A DNA stretch of 64,000 nt from Syntrophobacterales bacterium (GCA_023512475.1 JAILZL010000007.1:7697-71696); one strand, 5' to 3'. Positions 45,168 to 55,050 are shown, counted from the first letter of the stretch. Made by a program: numbers and translations. Notes: generated by a model not told the origin, from the sequence alone.

Positions 45168-46466
45168 ATGCCCATCTATGATCGGGAGGCGGAGTGCATG
45201 GAGCGGGAGGAGCTGGCGCAGCTGCAGCTGGAGCGCCTGCAGGCCACCCTGCACCGGGTCTACAAGAACGTCAAGTTCTACAAGAAGCGCTTTGACGCCC
45301 TGGGATTCCTCCCGGAGGACTGCCAGTCCCTGGAGGACCTGGCCCGGCTGCCCTTCACCACCCGCCATGACCTGGCGGCCAGCTACCCCTATGAGATGTT
45401 TGCGGTGCCCTTGCGGGAGGTGGTGCGCATCCACTCCTCCACCGGCAGCCCCGGCAACCCCATCGTCATGGGCTACACCTGCCGGGACCTGCGCACCTGG
45501 GCGAAGCTGGCGGCCCGGGTGCTCACCGCCGCCGGGGTGGACCGGGACGACGTGGTCCAGGTGACTTTGGCCTACGGCCTGATGACCAGCGCCTTCGGGC
45601 TGCACTATGGGGTGGAGCTTCTGGGCGCCTCCGTCATCCCCACCGGCCCCGGGGGCACCGCCCGCCAGGTCCAGATCATGCGGGACTACCGCACCTCGGT
45701 GCTCATCAGCACCCCGGGCTACGCCCTGGTCATTGCCGACGCCCTGGAGGCCCTGGGGGTGGACCCCAAGACCCTGCACCTCAAGGTGGGGCTCATGGCC
45801 GGGGAACCCTGGACCGAGGCCCAGCGGGCGGAGATCGAGGCCCGGCTGCTTTTGACCGCCTATGACAACTACGCCCTCTCCGAGGCCATGGGCCCGGGGA
45901 TGGCCGGGGAGTGCGAGCACCGCCAGGGCATGCACCTGAACGAAGACCATTTCTACCCTGAGGTGGTGGATCCGGCCACCGGCGCGCCTTTGCCCCCCGG
46001 GGAGCTGGGGGAGCTGGTGCTCACCACCCTGAGCCGGGAAGCCACCCCCCTCATCCGCTTCCGTACCGGCGACCTCACCCGCCTGGACTTCCGTCCCTGC
46101 CCCTGCGGCCGCACCCTGGCCCGCCTCGGCCGCATCGCCGGCCGGGCCGATCAGGTGGTGGTGGTGAAGGGCATCAATATCTTCCCGGAGCGGGTGGGGC
46201 AGATTCTGGCCCAGATGGTGGGGGAGGACCCCGTGTACCAGCTGGTCATCGGCCGGGAAGGGGCCCTGGATTACCTGGAGGTGCGCCTGGAGGTGCGGGA
46301 GGGGGTCTTCTTTGACAAGATGACGGCCCAGCGGGAGTTCCTGCAGAAGCTCACCACCAAGCTGGCCCAGGGGATCGGGGTGACGCCCCGGGTGAAGCTG
46401 GTGGAGCCCCATTCCATCGACCGGCGCCGGGAGACCTCGCCCCTGGTGATTGATTTGCGCCCTTGA
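45168..46466 (+). CDS. paaK: phenylacetate--CoA ligase family protein
   Basis: MPIYDREAECMEREELAQLQLERLQATLHRVY.NV.FY...LPFT.K.DL...YP....VP...V.RIHSSSG.TG.P matches the PaaK family end to end. Confidence 0.85.
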   Translation: MPIYDREAECMEREELAQLQLERLQATLHRVYKNVKFYKKRFDALGFLPEDCQSLEDLARLPFTTRHDLAASYPYEMFAVPLREVVRIHSSTGSPGNPIVMGYTCRDLRTWAKLAARVLTAAGVDRDDVVQVTLAYGLMTSAFGLHYGVELLGASVIPTGPGGTARQVQIMRDYRTSVLISTPGYALVIADALEALGVDPKTLHLKVGLMAGEPWTEAQRAEIEARLLLTAYDNYALSEAMGPGMAGECEHRQGMHLNEDHFYPEVVDPATGAPLPPGELGELVLTTLSREATPLIRFRTGDLTRLDFRPCPCGRTLARLGRIAGRADQVVVVKGINIFPERVGQILAQMVGEDPVYQLVIGREGALDYLEVRLEVREGVFFDKMTAQREFLQKLTTKLAQGIGVTPRVKLVEPHSIDRRRETSPLVIDLRP

Positions 46467-46513
46467 GTCTGTTAGCATGGTGGCAAAATCAATCGTGCTG
46501 TTAAGGAACAGCC

Positions 46514-47296
46514 GTGTTGCAGGACCATCTCCTGGCCATCCGGCAAGACCTCAGACGGGGATTATTTTCCACTCAGGCGGCTGTTTCTCAAGGTATTCTC
46601 CTCCGCCTGCTTCAGGCCCTCTCCTGGCCCACCTTTGATATTACCGTTCTCTGTCCGGAGTATCCCCTCAACGGCAGGCGGGTGGATTTTGCCCTCTGTC
46701 ATCCCCCGGGAAGACCCCTGATCTTTATCGAGGTCAAGCCCCCGGGACAGGTTTCTACCGGGGAGCGCCAGCTCTTTGAATACGCCTTTCATCGAGGCGT
46801 TCCCATGGTGATTCTGACGGACGGCCAGGAATGGCAGTTTTATCTGCCGGGCGAACCGGGGGACTATGCCGAGCGCCGGGTGTACCGCCTGGATATTGTG
46901 GAGCGGGAGGTGGACGAAAGTGTCCGCCGGCTTGAGCGCTACCTCGGATACGCCGCGGTCTGCTCCGGGGAGGCCCTGGCGGCGGCCCGGGCGGATTACC
47001 AGGATGTGGCCCGCCAGCGCATCATCCGGGAAACCCTGCCCCAGGCATTTAAAAAGCTCATTGAAGGGGAAGAAGAACTTTTGCTGGAGATCATCGCCGA
47101 CCAGGTGGAGAATCTCTGCGGGTATAAGCCGGACCTGGACACCGTGGGCAGTTTTTTGAGGGAGCATGTCAGCCTCAGCTCGGGCTCCGAGGCCAGGCCC
47201 GCGGTGACCCGCCCGGTGGCGCCGGCCGGGAGTGAGCCGCCGGGGCCCGTCGGCTTCCGCTTCCGGGGCCAATGGTACCCGGCTCAGAGTGCCTGA
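46514..47296 (+). CDS. hypothetical protein with an N-terminal PD-(D/E)xK nuclease-like (HsdR-N-like) domain
   Basis: GTG start with an aagga RBS. ...GRRVDFAL...LIFIEVKPPG... gives a D...E.K core preceded by a helical region. The C-terminal half is unassigned, and the ORF ends abruptly at the AT-rich toxin-antitoxin cassette. Confidence 0.55.
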   Translation: MLQDHLLAIRQDLRRGLFSTQAAVSQGILLRLLQALSWPTFDITVLCPEYPLNGRRVDFALCHPPGRPLIFIEVKPPGQVSTGERQLFEYAFHRGVPMVILTDGQEWQFYLPGEPGDYAERRVYRLDIVEREVDESVRRLERYLGYAAVCSGEALAAARADYQDVARQRIIRETLPQAFKKLIEGEEELLLEIIADQVENLCGYKPDLDTVGSFLREHVSLSSGSEARPAVTRPVAPAGSEPPGPVGFRFRGQWYPAQSA

Positions 47297-47315
47297 GGCC
47301 CTTTCAGGATGAATT

Positions 47316-47522
47316 ATGGAAGATTTGCACAAGCTCATCGACGAGTTGCCCCCTGATTTACAGCAGGAAGTGGTGGATTTCATCCAGTTTTTGTTGTCGA
47401 AAAGGACGGCGAAAAAGGGAAGAAAGCTCCGCCAGGACTGGGGGGGAGGATTGGAGGAATACCGCCGGCAATATAAAACCTTGGAGTTGCAAAAAAAAGC
47501 TATGGAATGGCGGGGCGACTAA
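47316..47522 (+). CDS. antitoxin (DUF2281-like) of a type II TA pair
   Basis: 68 aa. MEDLHKLIDELPPDLQQEVVDFIQFLLSK... It lies 3 nt upstream of a PIN-domain gene in AT-rich DNA. Confidence 0.7.
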   Translation: MEDLHKLIDELPPDLQQEVVDFIQFLLSKRTAKKGRKLRQDWGGGLEEYRRQYKTLELQKKAMEWRGD

Positions 47523-47525
47523 CGC

Positions 47526-47921
47526 ATGTATCTTCTGGATACCAATATCTGGCTGGAGAGATTGCTTAATCAGGATAATTCCCCTCAGGTTGAAAAATTT
47601 CTCGACATAGTCCCCTCTGGACTTTTATGGATTACCGATTTCTCTTTGCATTCTATCTCCATCGTACTGTTAAGACTGGGGAAACGTGACGTTCATGCAA
47701 GGTTTATTGATGATTTGTTTCTGAACGGCGCAGTGAATCTCATTTGCCTCGATCCGGAAGACTCCCAGCATCTCATTCATAATGCAGAAAAATATGGTCT
47801 CGATTTCGATGATGCATACCAGATGACTGCAACAATGAAACACCGGTTAACCCTGATCAGCTTTGATCGTGATTTCGACCGCACCCCCGCAGGTCGGAAG
47901 ACCCCCACTGATTATCTCTGA
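47526..47921 (+). CDS. vapC: PIN-domain toxin (VapC-like ribonuclease)
   Basis: 131 aa. MYLLDTNIWLE (first acidic residue), ...LDPED..., DFDDAYQ and SFDRDF are the PIN acidic quartet pattern. Confidence 0.8.
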   Translation: MYLLDTNIWLERLLNQDNSPQVEKFLDIVPSGLLWITDFSLHSISIVLLRLGKRDVHARFIDDLFLNGAVNLICLDPEDSQHLIHNAEKYGLDFDDAYQMTATMKHRLTLISFDRDFDRTPAGRKTPTDYL

Positions 47922-47933
47922 TGGGCGAATCTC

Positions 47934-48527
47934 ATGCGGCCGTCCTGGGATGAATACTTCATGCTCATCGCCAAGCTGGTGAGCACGAGAAGCACCTGCA
48001 ACTCCCGGCCCACCGGCGCGGTGCTGGTGAAGGACCGGCAGATCCTGGCCACGGGCTACAACGGCTCCATGCCCGGCGCACCCCACTGCAGTGACGAGGT
48101 CCTGCCCGACGGCTCCCCCTACTGCCACCGCCGGGCCCTGGCTGTGGCCGATGTGGACAAATACAACTTCTGCCGGGCCTCCCACGCCGAGGCCAACGCC
48201 ATCGCCCAGGCCGCCCGCCACGGCATCGCGGTGGCCGGCGCCACCTTGTATGTCACCCTGGAGCCCTGTTTCATCTGCATCAAGCTTCTGGCCACCGCCC
48301 GCATTGAGCGGGTCTTCTTTGAAATCCCCTACGACTCCCGGGATGAGGTGCGGGACCGGGCCTGGAAGGCGGCGGTGGCTGAGGCGGGCTTTACCGAATA
48401 CCGGCAGCTGACGGTCTCGCCGGAGGCCCTGAGCTACATCCTCCCCAGCCTGACGGGCGTCACCTCCCGGCGGCGCCTGCCCGCCACCCCGGCCCTGAGC
48501 CCCCCGGGCGCAGTGGCGATGGACTAG
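47934..48527 (+). CDS. deoxycytidylate (dCMP) deaminase, ComEB-like
   Basis: MRPSWDEYFM.IA.LV..RSTC..R..GAVLV...ILATGYNG, HAEANAI and TLEPCFICIKL (zinc ligands H, C, C). Confidence 0.85.
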   Translation: MRPSWDEYFMLIAKLVSTRSTCNSRPTGAVLVKDRQILATGYNGSMPGAPHCSDEVLPDGSPYCHRRALAVADVDKYNFCRASHAEANAIAQAARHGIAVAGATLYVTLEPCFICIKLLATARIERVFFEIPYDSRDEVRDRAWKAAVAEAGFTEYRQLTVSPEALSYILPSLTGVTSRRRLPATPALSPPGAVAMD

Positions 48528-48760
48528 GGGAGGGGGCGGGGCCGGGGAAGAGGCTCCCGGAGCCCTCCCAGGGGGGAAGGGATCCGCAGGAGAGCAAGCG
48601 TCGCAAGCCCCACCTTGCGGGGGCATGAGTTTCATTATCCGAAGATCCTCGGGGAGAACGGAGCGCCGGGGGAGAGGGCAATTCCGCCTCCCCCCTGGCC
48701 CCGGCGGGGGTAAGTCACCGGAGCGATGCCCTGGTTTCCCCTCCGCCACCCAGTACGTCA

Positions 48761-51013
48761 ATGAGCAAAAACGCCGCCAACGGGGCCAAGAAGGTCGTAA
48801 ACCACAGGAAGGGCAAGGCAGCCGCGGCCCCGGCGCCGGACGCGGCCCCCTCCTGGCCGGAGCGCCTGGGCCGGGAGGTGACGGCCCTGCTCTTAGCCGG
48901 TCTGGCCCTCTTCTGGCTTCTGGCCCTCCTCAGCCACCGCCTGGAGGACCCCCAGGGGCTGGCCGCCCTGGGGCGGGTGCCTGGGGTCCACAACTGGATG
49001 GGCAAGGCCGGCGCCGCCCTTGCCGCCCTCAGCCTCTGGCTCCTGGGGCTGGGGGCCTTCTGGCTGCCCCTGCTCCTTGCCGGGCTGGCCTTCACCGCCC
49101 ACCGCCGGGGGCTGGGGGAGCTCTCCCCCCTGCAGGGGCTGGCGGGCTTAGGGGTGATCCTGGCCACGAGCGGCCTCCTGGCCCTGGCCCGGCCCCGCTG
49201 GCGCTGGGGGGAAGGCTGGCTCCACACCGGCGGCCGGCTGGGGGATGCCCTGGGCCTCACCCTCGCCGGCTGGCTCAACGGCCCCGGGGCCGCCCTGGCC
49301 CTGGTGCTGCTCCTGGTGGTGTGCGCCCGGGTGGCCACCGGCTTCGCCTGGCTGGCGGGGCTTCGGGCTCTTAGGGAGAGGCTGGGCCGGCTCAGGCGGC
49401 CGCCGGCGACGGAGCCGGAGGCGCTCTCCCGGCCCCGGCGGCCCCGGGCCCCCCGGGGGGAAGCGCAGGCCCCCACGGTGTCCCCTGCAGGCCCGGAGCC
49501 CCGGCTGGTGGTGCCCGTGCCCCCGCCGGTGAGCAGCCCGGCTCCTGCCCCCGGGCGCCGGGGAACCTCGACTTCGGGGACCGGCTCCTTCCAGCTGCCG
49601 CCCTTGGACCTCCTCAATCCCGGGGAGCCCTGGGACCGGTCGGTGCACGAAGGCCAGATGCGGGCCCAGGCCGCCAAGCTGGAGGACACCCTGGCCCACT
49701 TCGGGGTGGAGGGCCGGGTGGTGGCCATTGTGCCGGGCCCGGTGGTGAGCCGCTTCGAGCTGGAGCCGGCCCCGGGCGTGAAGATCAGCAAAATCACCGG
49801 CTTGGCGGACGATCTGGCGTTGGCCCTCAAGGCCATCTCCATCCGCATCGTGGCCCCGGTCCCGGGCAAGGCGGTCATCGGCATCGAGGTGCCCAACCCC
49901 AAGCGGCAGGTGGTGGCCCTGCGGGAGATCCTGGCGGATCCCGCCTATCAGAACTCCCCCTCCCGCCTCACCTTGGCCCTGGGGAAGGACATCATGGGGG
50001 TGCCGGTGGTCACCGACCTGGCCCGCATGCCCCACCTCCTCATCGCCGGGGCCACCGGCAGCGGCAAGAGCGTGGGGCTCAACGCCATGATCCTCTCCAT
50101 CCTCTACAAGGCCACCCCTGAGGAGGTGCGCTTCCTCATGGTGGACCCCAAGCGCATCGAGCTCTCCCTCTATGAGGGCATTCCGCACCTGTTGCACCCG
50201 GTGGTGGTGAACCCCAAGGAGGCCACCACCGCCCTGCACTGGGCGGTGATGGAGATGGAGCGGCGTTATGGCCTGCTCTCGGATCTGGCGGTGCGCAACA
50301 TCGACGGCTACAACCAGAAGATCCGGGCCCTGAAGCCGGCCCCCGGGGAGTCGGAGGCGGAGCGGCCCCGGTCCCTGCCCTACATCGTCATCGTCATCGA
50401 CGAGCTGGCGGACCTGATGCTGGTCTCCTCCCGGGACACGGAGGAGTATCTCATCCGGCTGGCACAAAAAGCCCGGGCCAGCGGCATCCACCTCTTGGTG
50501 GCCACCCAGCGGCCCAGTGTGGATGTCATCACCGGCCTCATCAAGGCCAATTTCCCCACCCGCATCTCCTACCAGGTGTCGGCCAAGGCCGACTCCCGGG
50601 TGATCCTGGACGCGGTGGGGGCCGAGCGCCTCCTGGGCATGGGGGATCTCCTCTTCATGCCGCCGGGCACCTCCCGCCTGAAGCGCATCCACGGACCCTT
50701 TGTGAGCGAGGAGGAGGTCACCCGGGTGGTGGACTTCCTCAAGGCCCAGGCGGCGCCGGACTACGAGGTGGGGCTTCTGGAGCTCAAGGAGCGGGAGGAG
50801 GAGGAGGCCGAGGTGGGGGAGCGGGATCCCAAATGGGACGAGGCCGTGGCCCTGGTGGCGGAGACCCGCAACGCCTCCATCTCCATGCTCCAGCGGCGGC
50901 TGCGCATCGGCTACAACCGGGCGGCCCGCATCATTGAGCTCATGGAAAAGGAAGGCCTGGTGGGCCCCGCCGACGGCCTCAAACCCCGGGAGGTGTATCT
51001 CCCCCGTCGCTGA
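48761..51013 (+). CDS. ftsK: DNA translocase FtsK
   Basis: It has an N-terminal 4-TM region, a Pro-rich linker, the motor domain (PHLLIAGATGSGKSVGLN, VIVIDELADLM, ATQRPSVDVITG) and a C-terminal gamma winged helix (ASISMLQRRLRIGYNRAARIIE.ME). Confidence 0.95.
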   Translation: MSKNAANGAKKVVNHRKGKAAAAPAPDAAPSWPERLGREVTALLLAGLALFWLLALLSHRLEDPQGLAALGRVPGVHNWMGKAGAALAALSLWLLGLGAFWLPLLLAGLAFTAHRRGLGELSPLQGLAGLGVILATSGLLALARPRWRWGEGWLHTGGRLGDALGLTLAGWLNGPGAALALVLLLVVCARVATGFAWLAGLRALRERLGRLRRPPATEPEALSRPRRPRAPRGEAQAPTVSPAGPEPRLVVPVPPPVSSPAPAPGRRGTSTSGTGSFQLPPLDLLNPGEPWDRSVHEGQMRAQAAKLEDTLAHFGVEGRVVAIVPGPVVSRFELEPAPGVKISKITGLADDLALALKAISIRIVAPVPGKAVIGIEVPNPKRQVVALREILADPAYQNSPSRLTLALGKDIMGVPVVTDLARMPHLLIAGATGSGKSVGLNAMILSILYKATPEEVRFLMVDPKRIELSLYEGIPHLLHPVVVNPKEATTALHWAVMEMERRYGLLSDLAVRNIDGYNQKIRALKPAPGESEAERPRSLPYIVIVIDELADLMLVSSRDTEEYLIRLAQKARASGIHLLVATQRPSVDVITGLIKANFPTRISYQVSAKADSRVILDAVGAERLLGMGDLLFMPPGTSRLKRIHGPFVSEEEVTRVVDFLKAQAAPDYEVGLLELKEREEEEAEVGERDPKWDEAVALVAETRNASISMLQRRLRIGYNRAARIIELMEKEGLVGPADGLKPREVYLPRR

Positions 51014-51153
51014 GGCCCGGCTGGGGGGCGGGCGGCGGGAGCCAGGAAGCCCGGCCACGTCCGCCTCTGCGAGCCCCTCCAGCCCCCAGAGAGTGCGGGC
51101 TGCCGCGGGCGGGACTCCCTTCTCCCGACTGCCTGATTCTTTCCCCTATGCCA

Positions 51154-51184
51154 TGGTTAACCTTTGCTGTCGCCCCGGTTGACA
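51154..51184 (+). promoter_or_regulatory. candidate BirA operator (bioO) upstream of bioB
   Basis: TGGTTAACC-N14-GGTTGACA is an imperfect inverted repeat resembling the published BirA consensus TGTwAACC-N14/15-GGTTwACA. It ends 32 nt before the favoured bioB start. Confidence 0.55.
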
Positions 51185-51215
51185 TATGCCGGCAAATGGG
51201 CGATGTTATGGGGCG

Positions 51216-52157
51216 ATGAGTCTGACGTTTTCTGAATGGCAGGAGATCTTCCGGCTCTCCTGGCCGGAGCTGTGGCCGCGGTTGGGAGAGGCCAGCCGCC
51301 TGCGGGAGGCCCGCTTCGGCCGGAAGATCAAGCTCTGCGTCATCCTCAACGCCCGGTCGGGCTTGTGCTCCGAGGACTGTGCCTACTGTGCCCAGGCCAG
51401 GGGGGCCCGCACCCAGGTGGCGAAATACCCCCTGCTCCCCCGGGACAGGCTCCTGGAGGCGGCGGCCGCAGCCCACGCCCAGGGCGCGGCCCGCTTTTCC
51501 ATTGTGACCTCCGGCCGGGGGCTCACCTCCCCCCGGGAGCGGCAGGCGCTCCTGGAAGCGGTGGCCGCCATCCGGGAGCAGGTGCCCCTCCGGATCTGCG
51601 CCTCTTTGGGGATGGTGGAGCGCCCCTTCCTGGAGGAGCTGAAGGCGGCGGGCTTGAGCCGTTACCACCATAATCTGGAGACCGCGGCGTCCCATTTCCC
51701 CCGCATCTGCACCACGCACACCTATCAGGAACGGGTGGCCACCATCGCCGCGGCAAAGGAGGCGGGGCTGGAGGTCTGCGCCGGGGGCATTTTCGGGCTG
51801 GGGGAGACGGTGGCCCAGCGCTATGAGCTGGCCTGCGCCCTCAAAGACCTGGGGGTTCAGGCGGTACCGGTCAATTTTCTCCACCCCCTGCCGGGCACCC
51901 GGCTGGAGCACCGGCCGCTGCTGTCGCCCCTGGAGGCCCTGACGATCATGGTGGCCCTGCGGCTGATGCTCCCGGAGACCTCCCTCATCATCTGCGGCGG
52001 ACGCCTCCCCACCCTGCGGTCGCTGGCGCCCCTGGCCTTCGCCGCCGGCGCCGACGGCCTCATGACCGGAGACTATCTCACCACCAAGGGCCGCACCCCG
52101 GCGGAGGACCTGGCCATGCTGGCGGACCTGGGCCTGGAGGTGGAAGGAAGGGGCTAA
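51216..52157 (+). CDS. bioB: biotin synthase
   Basis: It has CSEDCAYCAQ (radical SAM), FSIVTSGRG, YHHNLET, VCAGGIFGLGE and VPVNFLHP. ATG at 51216 gives the usual ~50 aa before the Cys motif. An alternative start exists at 51186. Confidence 0.9.
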   Translation: MSLTFSEWQEIFRLSWPELWPRLGEASRLREARFGRKIKLCVILNARSGLCSEDCAYCAQARGARTQVAKYPLLPRDRLLEAAAAAHAQGAARFSIVTSGRGLTSPRERQALLEAVAAIREQVPLRICASLGMVERPFLEELKAAGLSRYHHNLETAASHFPRICTTHTYQERVATIAAAKEAGLEVCAGGIFGLGETVAQRYELACALKDLGVQAVPVNFLHPLPGTRLEHRPLLSPLEALTIMVALRLMLPETSLIICGGRLPTLRSLAPLAFAAGADGLMTGDYLTTKGRTPAEDLAMLADLGLEVEGRG

Positions 52158-52364
52158 GGGCAGGAAGGGGCCGGGCCACTGCCGGAAGTCCGCCACCGGG
52201 GACGGGGCAAAGAGGCGCAGGGAAAAGGGGTCAGCGGCACCTTGCCGTCTCTTCCGGCCCCTATCCCGACCCCGGTAATCGGGGCGGCGGGCTTTGCAGC
52301 GGGGGCCGGATTTCCCCGGTCACCCTGAAAACCACTTCCGCCGTCGGCTCACTCAGAGGAAGCC

Positions 52365-53135
52365 ATGGAACTGCCGCATTTACCGAAGCTCAAGGGTGTG
52401 TTCATCACCGGCACCGACACCGACGTGGGCAAGACCTGGGTGGCCGCCGGCCTCACCGCGGTGTTGCGGCGCTGGGGGCTGAAAGCGGTGTACTTCAAGC
52501 CGGTGCAGAGCGGCTGCCCCGAGGAGGGGGGCCGCCTCATCCCCACCGACGCCCGCCTGGCCCGGGAGGTGGCCGGGCTGGAGGAGCCCCTGGAGCTCCT
52601 GACGCCCATCACCCTGAGGCTGCCCCTGGCGCCGGCGGTGGCGGCCTGCCAGGAAGGACGGACGGTGGATCTGGCCCAGGTGGCCGCGGCCCTGGAGGAG
52701 CTCACCCGGCGCTATGACCTCTTTGTGGTGGAGGGGGCCGGGGGCCTGTGCGTGCCGGTGGTGAACCTGCGCTTCTGGGTGCTGCACCTGGCGGCCTGGC
52801 TGAAACTGCCCCTCATGTTGGTGGCCAAGCCGGGCCTGGGCACCATCAACCACACCGTCCTCACCGTCAGTGCGGCGCACCAGGCCGGGGTGCCGGTGGC
52901 GGGCATCGTCCTCAACCGCTATCCGGCCCGGCCCTCCCTGGCGGAGAGCACCAACCCGGAGGTGATCGCCGCCCTGACGGAGCTGCCCATCCTGGGCCGG
53001 GTGCCGGAGGTGGGAGACCTGCGCCACCCCGGGGAGCGGGAAATCTTTCTGGCCGCTATGGACGAAGTGGCCCGGCACCTGGCCGACGCCTGTGCCGCCC
53101 GGGCCTTCCTGGAATGCATCCTGCTGGAGGAGTGA
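52365..53135 (+). CDS. bioD: dethiobiotin synthase
   Basis: KGVFITGTDTDVGKTWV (P-loop), YFKPVQSG, VVEGAGGL and INHTVLT. Confidence 0.85.
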   Translation: MELPHLPKLKGVFITGTDTDVGKTWVAAGLTAVLRRWGLKAVYFKPVQSGCPEEGGRLIPTDARLAREVAGLEEPLELLTPITLRLPLAPAVAACQEGRTVDLAQVAAALEELTRRYDLFVVEGAGGLCVPVVNLRFWVLHLAAWLKLPLMLVAKPGLGTINHTVLTVSAAHQAGVPVAGIVLNRYPARPSLAESTNPEVIAALTELPILGRVPEVGDLRHPGEREIFLAAMDEVARHLADACAARAFLECILLEE

Positions 53136-53146
53136 AGGGGCCTCAC

Positions 53147-54358
53147 ATGGAGGGGCAGCAGATACAGGGGCCGGCCACTCCCCTGAGGGAGCTGGCGGAG
53201 GAGCTGGCGGACCTGGAGGCCCGGGACTTACGACGACAGCTCACCGAAGTGGAGGAGGTGCTCCCCGGCGGCCGGGTGCGGGTGGGAGGCAAAGTCCTTC
53301 TCAATCTCTCCGGCAACGACTACCTGGGGCTGGCCCAGGACCCCCGGCTGGCGGCGGCCGCGGCCGAGGCTGCGGCCCGGTGGGGCACCGGCGCCGGCGC
53401 CTCCCGGCTGGTGGCGGGCCACTTCCGGCTGCACCGGGAGGTGGAGGAAAAGCTGGCGGCCTTCAAGGGGACGGAGGCCGCGGTCATCTTCAGCACCGGT
53501 TACATGGCCAACCTGGGGGCCATCACCGCCCTGGTGGGGCCGGGGGACACGGTTTTTGGCGATCGCCTCAACCATGCCAGCATCTACGACGGCATCCGGC
53601 TGTCCGGCGCCCGGCTGGCCCGCTTTCCGCACCGGGACCTCAACGTCCTGGAAAAGCTCCTCAGGGAGGCCCCGCCCCGGGGCCGGCGCCTCATCATCAC
53701 CGATTCGGTCTTTTCGGTGGATGGAGACCTGGCGCCCCTAAGGGAGCTGGTGGCCTTAAAGGAGCGCTACGGCGCCTGGTTGATGGTGGATGAGGCCCAT
53801 GCCACCGGGGTGCTGGGGCCGTGCGGCGCCGGGCTGGCCGAGGCCCTGGGGCTCACGGCCCAGGTGGAGGTGCATATGGGCACCTTCTCCAAGGCGCTGG
53901 GGGCGCTGGGGGGTTATGTGGCCGGGGACCGGCGGCTCATCGATTATCTCCACAACCGGGCCCGGTCCTTCATCTACTCCACCGCCCTGCTGCCGCCCGT
54001 CCTGGGGGCCATTGACTGTGCTCTGGAGATAGTGGCTAAGGAGCCGGAGCGGCGCCGGCGGCTTCTCGCCGAGGCCGGGGTCTTCCGGCAGGAGCTGACG
54101 GCCGCGGGGCTGGACACCCTGGGCAGCGAGACCCAGATCGTGCCGGTGCTGGCCGGGAGCAACCGGGCGGCGTTGGACTTCGCCCAGGCCCTGAGGGAGG
54201 CGGGCCTCCTGGCGGTGGCCCTGCGGCCCCCCACGGTGCCCCCGGGACAGGCCCGGGTGCGGTTTTCCCTGTCTGCGGCCCATGCCCCCGAGGCCCTGGC
54301 CCAGGCCCGGGGGACCATTATCCGGGTGGGCCGGGAGCTGGGGCTGGCAAAGGCATGA
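53147..54358 (+). CDS. bioF: 8-amino-7-oxononanoate synthase
   Basis: LNLSGNDYLGL, SRLV.GH...H.E.E..LA.F.G.E, DRLNHASI.DG, DEAH.TGV and TFSKALG (PLP lysine). The internal ATG at 53147 follows the bioD stop. The upstream part of the track ORF overlaps bioD and is rejected. Confidence 0.9.
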   Translation: MEGQQIQGPATPLRELAEELADLEARDLRRQLTEVEEVLPGGRVRVGGKVLLNLSGNDYLGLAQDPRLAAAAAEAAARWGTGAGASRLVAGHFRLHREVEEKLAAFKGTEAAVIFSTGYMANLGAITALVGPGDTVFGDRLNHASIYDGIRLSGARLARFPHRDLNVLEKLLREAPPRGRRLIITDSVFSVDGDLAPLRELVALKERYGAWLMVDEAHATGVLGPCGAGLAEALGLTAQVEVHMGTFSKALGALGGYVAGDRRLIDYLHNRARSFIYSTALLPPVLGAIDCALEIVAKEPERRRRLLAEAGVFRQELTAAGLDTLGSETQIVPVLAGSNRAALDFAQALREAGLLAVALRPPTVPPGQARVRFSLSAAHAPEALAQARGTIIRVGRELGLAKA

Positions 54359-55050
54359 AGACCCTGGCCCTGGTGCATGGCTGGGGGGCCACCGGGGAGT
54401 CCTGGAAAGGCCTCCGGGAGAGCCTGGGCGGCTCGTGGCGGGTGGAGGCCCCCACCCTCCCCGAGTGGCGGGCGGAGTGGCTGGCCCAGTGGCTCACCGG
54501 CCTGCCTCTCCCCGAGACCCTGGCGGTGGGCTGGTCCTTGGGGGGCATGCTGCTTCTGGAGGCCGTGGCCCGAGCCGGGGTGCGGCCGGCGGCCCTGGTG
54601 CTGGTGGGGGTACCGGCGGTCTTTTGTCAGCGGCCGGATTGTCCCTGGGGCCAGCCTCCGGCGGCGGTGCGGGCGATGCGGCGGGCCCTCACTCAGGATC
54701 CGGCCCGGGTCCTGGCGGAGTTTGCCCGCCGCTCTCTGGCCCCCGGGGAGGAGGCCTGGCTGGCGGAGGCCCGACGCCTCTTCCCGGCCGGGCAGGCCCC
54801 GGCGCACCTGGCCCTGGGACTGGATTACCTCCTCGCCACGGATCTGCGGCTCTGGCTGGGGGAGATATCGCTGCCGGTGACCCTGGTGCAGGGAGAGGAG
54901 GATGCCATCGTCAGGCCGGCCCAGGCGGCGCTTCTGAAGGATCATCTTCCCCCGGCCGAACTCCTGCTCCTGCCGGGCGCCGGGCATCTCCCCTTCCTCA
55001 CCCGGGCCGGGGAGTTTCAGGCGATTCTCGTCGCCAAGCTGAAGGGATGA
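54355..55050 (+). CDS. bioH: alpha/beta-hydrolase, BioH-like pimeloyl-ACP methyl ester esterase
   Basis: LVHGWG..., GWSLGG (nucleophile elbow), ...GEEDAIV... and ...GAGHLPFL. The ATGA overlaps bioF, and the gene sits between bioF and bioC. Confidence 0.7.
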   Translation: MKTLALVHGWGATGESWKGLRESLGGSWRVEAPTLPEWRAEWLAQWLTGLPLPETLAVGWSLGGMLLLEAVARAGVRPAALVLVGVPAVFCQRPDCPWGQPPAAVRAMRRALTQDPARVLAEFARRSLAPGEEAWLAEARRLFPAGQAPAHLALGLDYLLATDLRLWLGEISLPVTLVQGEEDAIVRPAQAALLKDHLPPAELLLLPGAGHLPFLTRAGEFQAILVAKLKG

